A stretch of DNA of 64,000 bases. Origin: a virus. The position numbers and the translations under genes are program-made. Below the pieces are notes generated by a model. The model was given only the letters and a program-made list of their open reading frames with translations. It did no database searches and had not been told where the DNA came from. Positions 45,499-55,469 of the stretch are shown in pieces. The stretch's first letter is position 1. Every line of letters begins with the position of its first letter. The stretch is taken from positions 3,060 through 67,059 of IMG/VR virus record IMGVR_UViG_3300009149_000027; one strand, 5' to 3'.

Positions 45499-46110
45499 AT
45501 GCTTGAAAAAACGTGTACCAAATGCGGAAAAACCAAGACCGTTGATAATTTTTACAAAGTTACAAGAAAGGAAGGGAAATACGAAAGCAGGTGCAAGGAA
45601 TGCACTATTAAAAGACAAAGAGATGCGTTGATGAAGAAAAAGAAAATAGTCGTTAGTGAAAAGGTATGTGTATTTAAGGAATGTGTTCATGGTGGAGTCC
45701 CACAGGACATTGATAACTTTCACAAAAACATTCTCAGCGTTGATAGTCACAATATATATTGCAAAGACTGCCAAAAAATAGTAGCGGAAAGATACCTGTC
45801 CAAGAATGTGGATGAAATAAGACGCAAGGAACGAGAAAGATATTGGGCGGGAAGGAAAAAACCTCTGAATAGGATCAGGAAAAGAAATGAAGAACCCGCT
45901 CTCATGTTGCATCCAGAAAAAGGTGCAGCCAGGTTAGCCGTACTAAATGCCAAGAGGCGTGGAGAAATTCCGTTTGCATCATCCCTCATCTGCGCCGATT
46001 GCGGTAAACCTGCAAAGCACTATCATCACGAAAGTTATCTCCCTGAACACTGGTTAGACGTTGTGCCACTGTGTACGCTTTGTCATGGTAAGCGGCATCG
46101 GAAGTATTAG
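45499..46110 (+). CDS. Zn-binding HNH-like (His-Me finger) endonuclease
   Basis: KTCTKCG..F.K..CKEC repeats; CADCG..HHESY..LC..CH..RH. Confidence 0.8.
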   Translation: MLEKTCTKCGKTKTVDNFYKVTRKEGKYESRCKECTIKRQRDALMKKKKIVVSEKVCVFKECVHGGVPQDIDNFHKNILSVDSHNIYCKDCQKIVAERYLSKNVDEIRRKERERYWAGRKKPLNRIRKRNEEPALMLHPEKGAARLAVLNAKRRGEIPFASSLICADCGKPAKHYHHESYLPEHWLDVVPLCTLCHGKRHRKY

Positions 46111-46115
46111 CCACA

Positions 46116-48968
46116 TCACATTCCAGCGGCGTTAGATTCAAGCCACTTAACTATGTCAGCCTTCACCGAATTGGCTATTGCCAAACTCCACGGGGCAGAA
46201 AGGATTCCACCCTCCCCGGCGAAACCGGCGAACAGGCTATTGGCAACATCCTTGCCAACGTCTTGAATCCGCATTTGGTTGGCAGGTAATCCCAACTGAT
46301 CCGACAATCCTGTTATCACAACATCGGCCATGTCAACCTCGCCGTCACGCCCCAGTGCCGTTGCCACACCCTGATTCACGGAACTGGCAACACTTGTCCC
46401 TGTCCCGCCCGGAGACACGCCACCGCCCATCCCTGGCCCAATGCCCTTTGCCGCAAGTTGCGAGTTGAAGAATCCAACGCCAGCTTCCTGCTGTGTAGCC
46501 TTGGCAATGCCAGCGGCAATCGCATCCCAGTTGACCAGCGTGTCGATGTTCTGCTGCCCGAACTGAGTGCCTAGCACAGCGCCGGACCCAAGTTCTCCGG
46601 TCGCCATTGACGCAAGCATCTCGTTGGACAGTCCACTCACGATTCCTGGTGCAAGCCCCGTAGATGCTGTGACCATCTCTTCGACAAAGCTGCGTGTCAC
46701 ATTCGGCCAATCCACACCGTTGACAAGTTCGTCGTTCATTTGGCGGGTGAAATCGTCGGCAAAGTTCTGCGGCACACCGGCGGCGGCTTGGTCTAGTTGC
46801 TCCTGAGTGACGGGGCTTGGACCACTTCCCGGCAATCCTGGGATGCTGTCTAGTTTACTTTTGAAGGCTGAGGCGGCATCGGCGGCTGCTTTGTCCCAGG
46901 CAGAACCCGATGCTTTGGCGGCAGCGGCATTGTCCCGCGCCCATTGGGTTGTCACGTTCACCATTGCGGGGGCAACTTCGCCGTTGAGCCAACCCTCTAC
47001 GCCCCCCCAACTTGTGGGCATGTTTTCCGTAGTCGTCGGCCTGAACTGTGGGCCGTAGACACCTTGCAACATACTCCCCATGCCGCTGGGAATCAGGGAA
47101 AGGAACATGTTGGCAAGGTTGGCGATGTCTAGAATCTGCTGCTTGGTGATTTTGCCGGTCTCTACTGCTTTTGTCCCAATGTCAACCAAGGCCTTCTGAA
47201 TGTTTTCGAGTCCGCCCACCCCCATGCCGGAAGCATCGTCAATGGCGTCCAGGGTATTGGTAAGCTGCGTACCGGCCATGCCCATCTTCACAAAGTCATC
47301 ATCTTCTGGGAAGAAGCTCAGTTTTGCGGCGTTGCGCTCGGACAGGTTTTTATTGTATGCGTCAATCAGCATCATGTCAGAACGCCACACGGACACGACA
47401 TCTCGCATGGCGGCGGCACGGGCTATTTGTTCTTCTGTAACTGTTCCTCCCTCAACGGCCTTGGCGATGTCGCGCAAGTCGGCCATCATGTCGTCTGCGC
47501 CAGGAAGTGACATATGAATAGCCGTGTCGATTGTGCCAATATCGGACAACAGCCCTTCCATCATCTTGATCTGGTCTTCAACTGCCGCCACAGGGGATAC
47601 GTCAATCTGATCCGCAGATAACCAACCGCCACCAGTCATGCCCGCCGACATCACCTGTCCCAATGAAATCTTGGGTGTATTTGCGAGAATGGTTGCTCTT
47701 TCCTGTTCCAGCCGCTGTTGTTCCTTCGCCTTTTCCAATGCGGAAACCATAGCATCTTTGAGCGTGGTTTCCAGGGCTAGCCTGATTCCTTCAATGTCGT
47801 CACCAATGGCAAAATCAACCAAGCCCGTCACAATGTTAGCCCAGAGCTCTTTTAGGGCGACAGCGGTGGGAGCCATAGATGTTTTCACGCGGTTCATGCT
47901 GTTTTCAATGTCTGCCGCCGCCCGTTCAATCCGTGTGGCTTCATCCTCCACGGGCTTGCCAAAGTTAGCGATGTCCATCTCCGCCACGGCCAGCACACTG
48001 TCCAACATGGATTGAACGCTACTGTTCACTTCCTTGACGCTGATGCCCAGGATGTCGGCCATCTGCTTGCTGGAAATACCCAACTCATCCAAAAGTTCTG
48101 TTTCACGCTTGGCAACACCTCGAATCAAGCGGGAGAAGGCTTCTTCTGTGCTGAGGTTCTTGCCCTCTTGTGTCAACTGCGTAGAGCGCAGGCGGGCAAA
48201 CTCGGCAAGGGTGGCAATCTGGTCCTCTGTCACATCCAACGCATCCTGCTGGGCGGACACCAGGAGCAGGTTGGCACGGGAGAGCATGTTGTAGTCTGCA
48301 ACGGTTCCCTGTGTGGCCGCCCGCATCTTGGTGGTCAGGGTATCAGCGGTGATGCCGATCTGAGCCGCCAGTTCCCCATAACTATTGGTCAGGCGGGCGA
48401 TTTCAGCGCCTTCTGCCCCCATGTTCGCCACAGCGGTAGCGGCCTGCTTGCCCGAGTAAAGGGCAAGGCCAGCAACGCCACCTCCATAGAGCAGGTTCTT
48501 TGCCCCAGCCATGACACGGCTCACGGTGATGGCATTCTTTCCGGCAGAGCGGGTGGCTGCTGCTGCCGCCTTCTCGGATGCTCTTATTTCAGCCGCTGCC
48601 GCTTTGTTCGCCTCTGAAACTTGCCGTCTGCGATAAGTCAGGGCGGCTTGCATGGCACGTTGGCGGTCACGAATCTCTGCGTCGGCGGCTTTGTTGGCAA
48701 GGCGCTGTACGTCGGCAAACGCCTTCTTCGACACCGCTACCTGTCGCTTTCGGTATGTAACAAACTTCGCCAAGTCCTCTGATCTCGCACGCTGTGTAGC
48801 CCGTAGAGCTTGTGCCTCGGCGCTATTTACGGCCATCCGGCTTCCAGTGCCGGCCGCACCCGCACCGCCCCCAGCCGTTCCCCGCGCCAAGGCATCAATC
48901 TGGCGTCTTGCTGCCGCCACATCGGTGGTGTCAATATCAACCTTGTAAGTTAGGCGTCTATCGGGCAA
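46116..48968 (-). CDS. tape measure protein
   Basis: 950 aa, Ala-rich helical; MRAATQGTVAD; ELLDELGI; after tail chaperones. Confidence 0.9.
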   Translation of the reverse strand: MPDRRLTYKVDIDTTDVAAARRQIDALARGTAGGGAGAAGTGSRMAVNSAEAQALRATQRARSEDLAKFVTYRKRQVAVSKKAFADVQRLANKAADAEIRDRQRAMQAALTYRRRQVSEANKAAAAEIRASEKAAAAATRSAGKNAITVSRVMAGAKNLLYGGGVAGLALYSGKQAATAVANMGAEGAEIARLTNSYGELAAQIGITADTLTTKMRAATQGTVADYNMLSRANLLLVSAQQDALDVTEDQIATLAEFARLRSTQLTQEGKNLSTEEAFSRLIRGVAKRETELLDELGISSKQMADILGISVKEVNSSVQSMLDSVLAVAEMDIANFGKPVEDEATRIERAAADIENSMNRVKTSMAPTAVALKELWANIVTGLVDFAIGDDIEGIRLALETTLKDAMVSALEKAKEQQRLEQERATILANTPKISLGQVMSAGMTGGGWLSADQIDVSPVAAVEDQIKMMEGLLSDIGTIDTAIHMSLPGADDMMADLRDIAKAVEGGTVTEEQIARAAAMRDVVSVWRSDMMLIDAYNKNLSERNAAKLSFFPEDDDFVKMGMAGTQLTNTLDAIDDASGMGVGGLENIQKALVDIGTKAVETGKITKQQILDIANLANMFLSLIPSGMGSMLQGVYGPQFRPTTTENMPTSWGGVEGWLNGEVAPAMVNVTTQWARDNAAAAKASGSAWDKAAADAASAFKSKLDSIPGLPGSGPSPVTQEQLDQAAAGVPQNFADDFTRQMNDELVNGVDWPNVTRSFVEEMVTASTGLAPGIVSGLSNEMLASMATGELGSGAVLGTQFGQQNIDTLVNWDAIAAGIAKATQQEAGVGFFNSQLAAKGIGPGMGGGVSPGGTGTSVASSVNQGVATALGRDGEVDMADVVITGLSDQLGLPANQMRIQDVGKDVANSLFAGFAGEGGILSAPWSLAIANSVKADIVKWLESNAAGM

Positions 48969-49461
48969 CAGGCACCTGCCTTGTCATAAACATGGCGTCC
49001 AGGGCATCCCCTAGCCGATTCTCGGAAGCCGATGTCAGATTCATCACAGACCGCTCCGGGTTGTTTGGGTGAAGCGCACGTGGTCCTTCGTGATGTCGCA
49101 CAAAATCATGCTCGCTGCCATATTCCATGTGCCAACCAGATTCGTTGGACGTGACTTCTTCATTATTGGCGGTCGGATTCAAAAAAGAACGCATGTACTC
49201 TCCACCCCGCACGAGGATGGGGTGGGCAGGCGGAAAGCCAAGTGCCCGTCTCTCTCGCTGAGTACGCTTGGCGAGACCCGGCCAAGAGCCGCTGGGCTGT
49301 CCGCTGCCCTCGTTGGCGAAGTTGCTGCCAAACTCGGCACGCACGGCCCGAGAGACGGTAGATTTTTCAGTTTCCGTTGGGGATTCTAACGATTTGAGGA
49401 ATTGACGCAGGGCGGCAAATTCACTGCGTGCCTGGTCCGAAGGGTAGATGCGGATACTCAT
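48958..49461 (-). CDS. virion morphogenesis (Mu gpG/tail completion-like) protein
   Basis: NF..EG....W..LA..T..R; PIL.R.G; YGS. Confidence 0.7.
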   Translation of the reverse strand: MSIRIYPSDQARSEFAALRQFLKSLESPTETEKSTVSRAVRAEFGSNFANEGSGQPSGSWPGLAKRTQRERRALGFPPAHPILVRGGEYMRSFLNPTANNEEVTSNESGWHMEYGSEHDFVRHHEGPRALHPNNPERSVMNLTSASENRLGDALDAMFMTRQVPVAR

Positions 49462-49793
49462 TTCTTTTCCCCCTTCAGAAAGGTTCTACTTCGTTTTAGC
49501 CGCTTCTCCCTGGCGGAGATGGTGGCGAAATCCTTCAGCAATGCCCCGCTGCCTGGTTCTTGGGCTAGTCTCCAAAGTTCACCCAGTGACTCCCCGCCCA
49601 TGCCTGCCATATTGCGCCACAGGACATAAAGGTCAAGATGCTCGTCTCTTACCAATATCCAACGATTGCGCTCTCTCGCAATGCCCTGGGGCGACATGTC
49701 CAGATAGTCTGGTTGTTCGTCGTCGTCAAGCAGACTTTCCAGCGTTTCATCTAGGCGAGAACGCTGCTCGTCACTCGCCTGACTGCTAAAAAA
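49458..49793 (-). CDS. tail assembly chaperone, -1 frameshift extension
   Basis: -1 frame open from slippery site T TTT TTA (49787-49793) to stop at 49458. Confidence 0.75.
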   Translation of the reverse strand, partial: FFSSQASDEQRSRLDETLESLLDDDEQPDYLDMSPQGIARERNRWILVRDEHLDLYVLWRNMAGMGGESLGELWRLAQEPGSGALLKDFATISAREKRLKRSRTFLKGEKK

Positions 49794-50341
49794 TCTGGGA
49801 TGCTACTCAACACCCCCGCATTCAAATGCCGGGTGGCGTCTCTCCAACTATCCAGCAACTCCACGGGCATCTTCTCCGCCATGCCATCCAGCGTCACCCA
49901 CTCCTGGGGAACAAAGGCTGCTTCCCATTTGGGAATTGCACCGTAAGGCACAAGGGCCCTTTCTGCTTTGTAGCGAACTTCAGCGCCTACCTTCTCCCTA
50001 TCAACTGCACATAACATCTCAGCCCGGAAGTAGACGATGTTGCGCAGGTAGATTAGTTCCTGGTCATCAAACTCACTGCCAATGTCCTGCCCCGTGCGCT
50101 GCGTAAACCATTCCTGCCCCTCTTGTGCTAGCTTTGCATAATATCCACGGTCCAGGAAAGAGACGGCGTGGACGGTAAAGCGCAGCTGCTCTTCGGGCGG
50201 GATCTGTTTCAGCAGTTCGTTACGGGCCTCTTCTATGTCATCGCCCTCCACCATGCCAGGAAGGTCCGCTGCTGTGAGCAGGGCAACGGCTTCCTGGGCA
50301 TCGGGTGGCAAACCGTAGGTGTACGTTACTTGAATTTTCAA
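49751..50341 (-). CDS. tail assembly chaperone
   Basis: Between tail tube and tape measure; slippery heptamer near its end. Confidence 0.75.
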   Translation of the reverse strand: MKIQVTYTYGLPPDAQEAVALLTAADLPGMVEGDDIEEARNELLKQIPPEEQLRFTVHAVSFLDRGYYAKLAQEGQEWFTQRTGQDIGSEFDDQELIYLRNIVYFRAEMLCAVDREKVGAEVRYKAERALVPYGAIPKWEAAFVPQEWVTLDGMAEKMPVELLDSWRDATRHLNAGVLSSIPDFLAVRRVTSSVLA

Positions 50342-50342
50342 G

Positions 50343-51620
50343 TTAGCTCCCTGCGTAGCTGGAAGTGCTGTTGATTAGGACAATGGTGATGGGGGCGCTG
50401 GCGGCATTGTCTATCATGCGATAGCGGGCGTTATAGATAATCTGGCCGCCTGCCGTTACGTCAAACGGGTCCATCATCACCTGGGCAGTAGGGATGGTGG
50501 CTTGGAACGAATTGGCGATTGCACCGGTGATAAAGGCCGGGGAGGTGAAACTCCACACAAGCTGGGCTTCCGGGATGGGGATGACGGGGGCCGTCCCGCC
50601 CGAAGCGCCATAGATGAACTCTTTATAGATGTTCTCGCTGAACACCAGACCCTCCAGCGTACCGGAGATAACCTTGCCCGTGGGGGAGAGGGTGGCCCGA
50701 CTAAAGCTGTGCAGGTTTTGTTCCTGGTCGTCTAGCGGGTTGTCGATGGTCAGGGTGTAGGAGCGGGGCGTCCCCAGGGTGACTGCCGTGATGTCGCTGG
50801 ACGTGACGGTGAAGGCACCTTGGGCCTGAGAAAGCATAGAGTCGGTTTCTTGTACCACCGTCTCGCTGCCTGCGCTGGTGGCCTCGCTGAGACCGGACGC
50901 CGTACCTGTTACGTCGATTCCTGTACGGCTTGCGGCAAAAACAAGCTGGGAGAGGCGAGCATCCGTAATTTTGCGTTCGTAGCGGGCGGAGTCCTCCCCA
51001 ACGGCGCTCATCAAGCTCACCCAGCTTTCCGCTTCGGCGTCGGCCAGGGTAAAGGTGTGGGTGTAGTACCATCCCGTATAGGTGGCCGTGGTGCCGCCGC
51101 CCGTGAGAGAACCAGCGTTCGCCGTCATGGTAGCGGACGTGACGCCGCTGTCTACGGTGATGGTATAGTTGCTGGCAGTTCCCGTTACCGTGGCTGCCGT
51201 GACAGTGGACAGCAACTCAATGGCCGTTTCGACTGCTCCGATGGCGGCGTCAAAGGCAATGGCGCTGGTGGTCTGGGCAGAGACGGTGATGGTGAACGTA
51301 CCGCCAGTGGCATCGATGGTAAGGATAACCGTGGTGGCCGTGGTGTTGCCGAACCCGATACCGGCCAGGGCGTAGCCGACCAGGTTGGGATAGAGGCGAA
51401 AGGCCAGGGAAATGTCGGCCATGTAGCCCGACCGGATGGGCGTGGATTGCAGGGCGGTGGAGCGCTGATGAATGCCCGTGTGTTCACCAGACGGGTCAAT
51501 CTCATCATATACAGGATTGACGCCGTGGCTGGACATGCGGCCTCGGATAAAGTTGGTGGTAGCAGCCGTGGCTTTGGCGGATTGTTTGGCCAGGGCAAAG
51601 CCAGCAGTTTGATAAAGCAT
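50343..51620 (-). CDS. major tail (tube) protein with inserted Ig-like domain
   Basis: AKQSAKATAA start; YTHTFT; TLTIDN.L; internal ATGGTFTIT domain. Confidence 0.8.
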   Translation of the reverse strand: MLYQTAGFALAKQSAKATAATTNFIRGRMSSHGVNPVYDEIDPSGEHTGIHQRSTALQSTPIRSGYMADISLAFRLYPNLVGYALAGIGFGNTTATTVILTIDATGGTFTITVSAQTTSAIAFDAAIGAVETAIELLSTVTAATVTGTASNYTITVDSGVTSATMTANAGSLTGGGTTATYTGWYYTHTFTLADAEAESWVSLMSAVGEDSARYERKITDARLSQLVFAASRTGIDVTGTASGLSEATSAGSETVVQETDSMLSQAQGAFTVTSSDITAVTLGTPRSYTLTIDNPLDDQEQNLHSFSRATLSPTGKVISGTLEGLVFSENIYKEFIYGASGGTAPVIPIPEAQLVWSFTSPAFITGAIANSFQATIPTAQVMMDPFDVTAGGQIIYNARYRMIDNAASAPITIVLINSTSSYAGS

Positions 51621-51623
51621 AGG

Positions 51624-52025
51624 TTATTCTCCCGTAGACTTCTGATAGATTGCCTTGGCCCGTGCTGGTCCAATGCCAGGCAGACGGGTAAGTTTTCCAA
51701 TTCCGTTGGCCTCCACATCCTTGCGAATGCTTTCCCAACTCTCATAGCCAATGAACCACAGAGTTTGCGCCAACTCGTCGTCAATGCCACTGACTTCCTT
51801 AAAGAAGTCCCATAGTTGGGCTTCCTCACCCGCTTCAACCGCTGGTCTCGGCTCGATGGGCAAGACGGCTTTCTCCCACTGCCCGGAAAAGGCCAGCAGC
51901 AGAGCCCCCACCTTGTCCGACACAGTGTAAACCTGCCCATGCACCAGGGGCGTGTCACCCACCAAGGCCACGGTGACTGATTGAGTTTTGCTGCGCACAT
52001 CGATAAAGCGTATTTTCATGGTCAA
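51624..52025 (-). CDS. helix-hairpin-helix domain protein
   Basis: VSGIDDELA and LPGIGPARAKAI. Confidence 0.75.
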   Translation of the reverse strand: MTMKIRFIDVRSKTQSVTVALVGDTPLVHGQVYTVSDKVGALLLAFSGQWEKAVLPIEPRPAVEAGEEAQLWDFFKEVSGIDDELAQTLWFIGYESWESIRKDVEANGIGKLTRLPGIGPARAKAIYQKSTGE

Positions 52026-52543
52026 ACCTCAGTGTATATGTCAATGGGCAGCAGTGTGCCGCCTATATACTTGCCGCCCTCGTGTCCCCGCACCTCAATC
52101 ACACCCCTTGCCATAATCACATCAATGATATGTTCGGTGTCGGTTGAGGAGATACCACCCAGGGCATAGTTGTCTCGTATCAGTTCACGAAAACGGCGGG
52201 ACAGTTCCTTGGCCCCATCCAGGGCGGCGGCATAGGTCGTTTGGGGGTCTGTGGCCGCTATTAGGTCGTAGGGGTACTTCACATCCACATGAACGGTTCC
52301 GTCCCCGTGGGGGCCTTGGGGGGCGTCACCGTAGCGATTGGCTGGTTCCCACATGCGACCTACGATAAAGACGGCAGGCAGGGTGATGTCTCCTAATGGA
52401 CTGGAGCGCAAGTCCGTTTCCCACTGGTCCACCACTTGAATGGTGGCAATCTTGAAAGTAGCGTAGGCGGAACCAGTCCCCATGTCCGACAGCACCAGGG
52501 CCGCCAGTTTATCGTCAATGTCGTTCCACAGACTGGCGCTCAT
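52022..52543 (-). CDS. putative tail terminator
   Basis: Position and size; LPAVFI. Confidence 0.6.
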   Translation of the reverse strand: MSASLWNDIDDKLAALVLSDMGTGSAYATFKIATIQVVDQWETDLRSSPLGDITLPAVFIVGRMWEPANRYGDAPQGPHGDGTVHVDVKYPYDLIAATDPQTTYAAALDGAKELSRRFRELIRDNYALGGISSTDTEHIIDVIMARGVIEVRGHEGGKYIGGTLLPIDIYTEV

Positions 52544-52980
52544 TCGTCTTCTGTCCAGTTACTCTTGTCGTAGAAGTGAGTGGAACGAGAGAAAGCGGGA
52601 ACCACCCTGTCAGAGTCGTCCTTCACCGTGTCTCGGTCGGCAACGCTGATTCCCCCTGCGTAGGGAATGGCTAGGATGGAGGCGGATGTTACGCCGTCCA
52701 CCGCAAGCGCCTGTTGTTCCAGCCATTCAGCCAAGGTGACGGCCATATCAGCCGCCGCATCATTGCTGACACCGGCGTCTTTCCAGTGGCCCAACCTTGC
52801 CAGGTCGCGGGCCAGGGTGCGCAATCCCCATGCGGCTGCCAGGCGCAGGTTACTGCCCTGGGCGTTGTCTATGAATATCTGCCATTCCTCATCCGAAAAA
52901 GCGGTATTGGCAATGTTGGTATCGCTTGCGTACAGGCGCACCTTGCCAATATCGGTAGAGAGGGTATAGGTGGCAGCCAT
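52540..52980 (-). CDS. head-tail adaptor protein
   Basis: KVRL..SDT....FSDEE; PYAGGIS.AD; PAF. Confidence 0.75.
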   Translation of the reverse strand: MAATYTLSTDIGKVRLYASDTNIANTAFSDEEWQIFIDNAQGSNLRLAAAWGLRTLARDLARLGHWKDAGVSNDAAADMAVTLAEWLEQQALAVDGVTSASILAIPYAGGISVADRDTVKDDSDRVVPAFSRSTHFYDKSNWTEDE

Positions 52981-52983
52981 AGA

Positions 52984-53244
52984 CTAAGCCTTCTTCCCAC
53001 GTTTTGCACGGACAGGCTTGACGACAACTTCCTCAACCACAGGCACGTCAACTTCCTCAACCGGAGGTAGTTTGTCCGCAAGCACGTCAAGGAAGTCGGC
53101 CTCGGCAAGCAAAGCCCGTGTCATGGTAATCTCTGGGTCGCCGTGGGGCTGGTAGAAGGACGGTCGCTTCATACCAAACCGTTCGGCCAACTTTCCCGCA
53201 GCCGCCCCTGCCTTACGCACAGCGTTGAACTGAATCTCGTTCAT
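52984..53244 (-). CDS. hypothetical protein
   Basis: AAGGAG RBS. Confidence 0.65.
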   Translation of the reverse strand: MNEIQFNAVRKAGAAAGKLAERFGMKRPSFYQPHGDPEITMTRALLAEADFLDVLADKLPPVEEVDVPVVEEVVVKPVRAKRGKKA

Positions 53245-53256
53245 GGTTCACTCCTT

Positions 53257-53448
53257 CTACAGCACGTCGTAGTCGTTCAGATTCACGCCCAAGTCATCCA
53301 GCACCGCAGCCGTCACCTCTGCCCGGTCCGTGGCATTGTCCACCGCTGCCAGCATCCCGGCGTCCTTCGCCTTGCCGAAATGCTTCTTTAGCTTCTTGCC
53401 GATGGCCTTGGCTTTGGTCTTGGTGATTTTGTCTGGTTTAGGTGGCAT
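53257..53448 (-). CDS. small hypothetical protein
   Basis: GGAGG RBS before MPPKPDK. Confidence 0.55.
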   Translation of the reverse strand: MPPKPDKITKTKAKAIGKKLKKHFGKAKDAGMLAAVDNATDRAEVTAAVLDDLGVNLNDYDVL

Positions 53449-53689
53449 TGTCGGCCTCCACAATCTCGCTCATATACGCCCAATCCGGGTCAGCGTCCAG
53501 GATGTCCCGGTTGGCGGGCGTCGTGTGTAGCATCACCGTGGCGGGAACGTCTTGCCCCTGTACAGTCGGCGTCATCAGCACATAGCCGCCCCGCAGCACG
53601 CCCTCGGCGTCGGTGTAGGTGAGTTCCATGTCCTCCGGGAATTGGATCTGGTTGTTCTGGTACGGTGCGACGAAAATGTACTTACCCAT
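53438..53689 (-). CDS. hypothetical protein
   Basis: GAGGT RBS before MGKYIF. Confidence 0.6.
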   Translation of the reverse strand: MGKYIFVAPYQNNQIQFPEDMELTYTDAEGVLRGGYVLMTPTVQGQDVPATVMLHTTPANRDILDADPDWAYMSEIVEADNAT

Positions 53690-54692
53690 TTGCCACCTCG
53701 TTGAGTGGTGCGTCGTATTCGCCCGCCGTGCCTCGTGCGTATACGGTGAAGTTGTCGAACGTATTCGCAGAGTAGGTGCTGAATAGCCCATGCAACGTAT
53801 TCGACACAATCCCCGCATCCGCAATCGTCCCCGTCCCGACCAAGGCGTTGTTGTAATACAACCTGTACGCCGTCCCGTCCTTGATGACCCGCAACTCTGC
53901 GCCCGCGCTGTACGTAGCCGCCGCCGTGATAACGGTTGTGTAGGTTCCGGCTACGCATTTCTCCAGTTTGCAATTCGTGCCGTCATGGTAGGCGATCACG
54001 AAGTTGGCCGGTGTCCCTGCGCTGTCCAGGTTGACGACCACGCCCGCCTGCGTGCCTTTGGTCAGGGTGACGGCGACCGTGGCGAGTACATCCGGGGTTG
54101 AGTGGGTGGTGGAAGAGAATAGGTCGGCGAGGACGAGGGCTTTGATGGATATGTCATCGAAGCGTGATTCATCTCCAATGCTAGCCGTGTAGGCGTATAA
54201 CCGTATTCCAATTGACGAAAGATTAGAACGGAATGTAGCATTGAAATTTGTCCAAGTACCTGATGCTGATGTTGAAATTGCCTTAACGGTTGATGGCGCT
54301 TCGATAAATTCAGCATGTAAAACCTTTGACGCAATACTTTTATGCCAACCGCTTACCCTGTGCCATGCGCCAACAGTGGTGGATACATTTTGTCCAGCGT
54401 ATCCATATCCCGCTGTATTTATTACGGAGACTGCCTGGCTTCCAGCCCCACCCGTGCGCTCGTCTGCTACTGCACTGAGTGTGGAACCGCTTGGTGTCCA
54501 ACTACTCGGCGGGTCTCCCGTCTCCATGCCCCCATTCACCACCAACTCACTGCCCGTCCCCGGCGTATTGCTCGCCTTGCCCGCCGCAGCCGTCCACGAC
54601 GCCCCGGTCCACACCTTCCCGCCGCCGCCTGAGCCGATGCCCCCGGCGATGCCTTCTGCGTGACCTTTTCCATCAGAATTCGGCAATGTCAT
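53682..54692 (-). CDS. virion protein with carbohydrate-binding-like domains
   Basis: GGAGGT RBS; ELVVNGGMETG, RFDDISIK, FDNFTV. Confidence 0.75.
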   Translation of the reverse strand: MTLPNSDGKGHAEGIAGGIGSGGGGKVWTGASWTAAAGKASNTPGTGSELVVNGGMETGDPPSSWTPSGSTLSAVADERTGGAGSQAVSVINTAGYGYAGQNVSTTVGAWHRVSGWHKSIASKVLHAEFIEAPSTVKAISTSASGTWTNFNATFRSNLSSIGIRLYAYTASIGDESRFDDISIKALVLADLFSSTTHSTPDVLATVAVTLTKGTQAGVVVNLDSAGTPANFVIAYHDGTNCKLEKCVAGTYTTVITAAATYSAGAELRVIKDGTAYRLYYNNALVGTGTIADAGIVSNTLHGLFSTYSANTFDNFTVYARGTAGEYDAPLNEVANG

Positions 54693-54766
54693 ATCGCACC
54701 TCCATTCGGCAGTGCAGTTTTGCACGTTAGACGACTTATGTTATAATTAACAACAGGAGGAATGAC

Positions 54767-55465
54767 ATGACTGAAACTTGGAAAGAAATCGCTGGTTGCG
54801 CTGGATACGAAATCTCTAATCATGGCAGGGTAAGATCGTGGTGGAACACTCACGCCCAGATGCTTGACGAACCCCATATTCTTAAACAGTCTTTGACCAA
54901 AAAGGGTCGCCCGGAAATAAGAATTCGTTGCGATTCTAAACGGAGAACGCTTCGCATCCATATCATTGTTCTCGAAACGTTTGTCGGGCCACGTCCCCAC
55001 GGATTGCAAGCCTGCCACCATGACGACAACCCACTGAACAACCATGTCTCCAATCTTCGGTGGGATACTCATGCCTCTAATGTTGCGGACGGCATTCGTA
55101 ACGGCACGGTTGCCAAAGGTGAACGAGCGGGAAAGTCCAAACTCACAAAAATCCAAGTTCTTGAAATTAGAGATAGGTACGCCAACGGAGAAAGCTCTAC
55201 GGCGCTGGGTGATGAATTTGGCGTTGCTGCCAACTCTGTCCGTGCAATTACTAGTGGGAAGTCCTGGAGACACGTCGGCGGTCCTAGAACTTTTGACGAG
55301 CGTGTTAGCGGCAACCATTACATTGGCGGTGGTCGTAGAATTTCTGATGATCGTATCCCCGAAATTCTGAGACGTCGTAGCAATGGAGAAGCCTTCAAAT
55401 CCATTGCCAAAGACTTTGGTGTCTCCGACACAACTATTCGCAATTACGTTCGTAAAAACACTTAA
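54767..55465 (+). CDS. NUMOD4-HNH homing endonuclease
   Basis: ETWKEI.G..GYEISNHGRVRS; H..VL.TFVG; ACH.D.N..NN..SNLRW. Confidence 0.9.
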   Translation: MTETWKEIAGCAGYEISNHGRVRSWWNTHAQMLDEPHILKQSLTKKGRPEIRIRCDSKRRTLRIHIIVLETFVGPRPHGLQACHHDDNPLNNHVSNLRWDTHASNVADGIRNGTVAKGERAGKSKLTKIQVLEIRDRYANGESSTALGDEFGVAANSVRAITSGKSWRHVGGPRTFDERVSGNHYIGGGRRISDDRIPEILRRRSNGEAFKSIAKDFGVSDTTIRNYVRKNT

Positions 55466-55469
55466 CATG

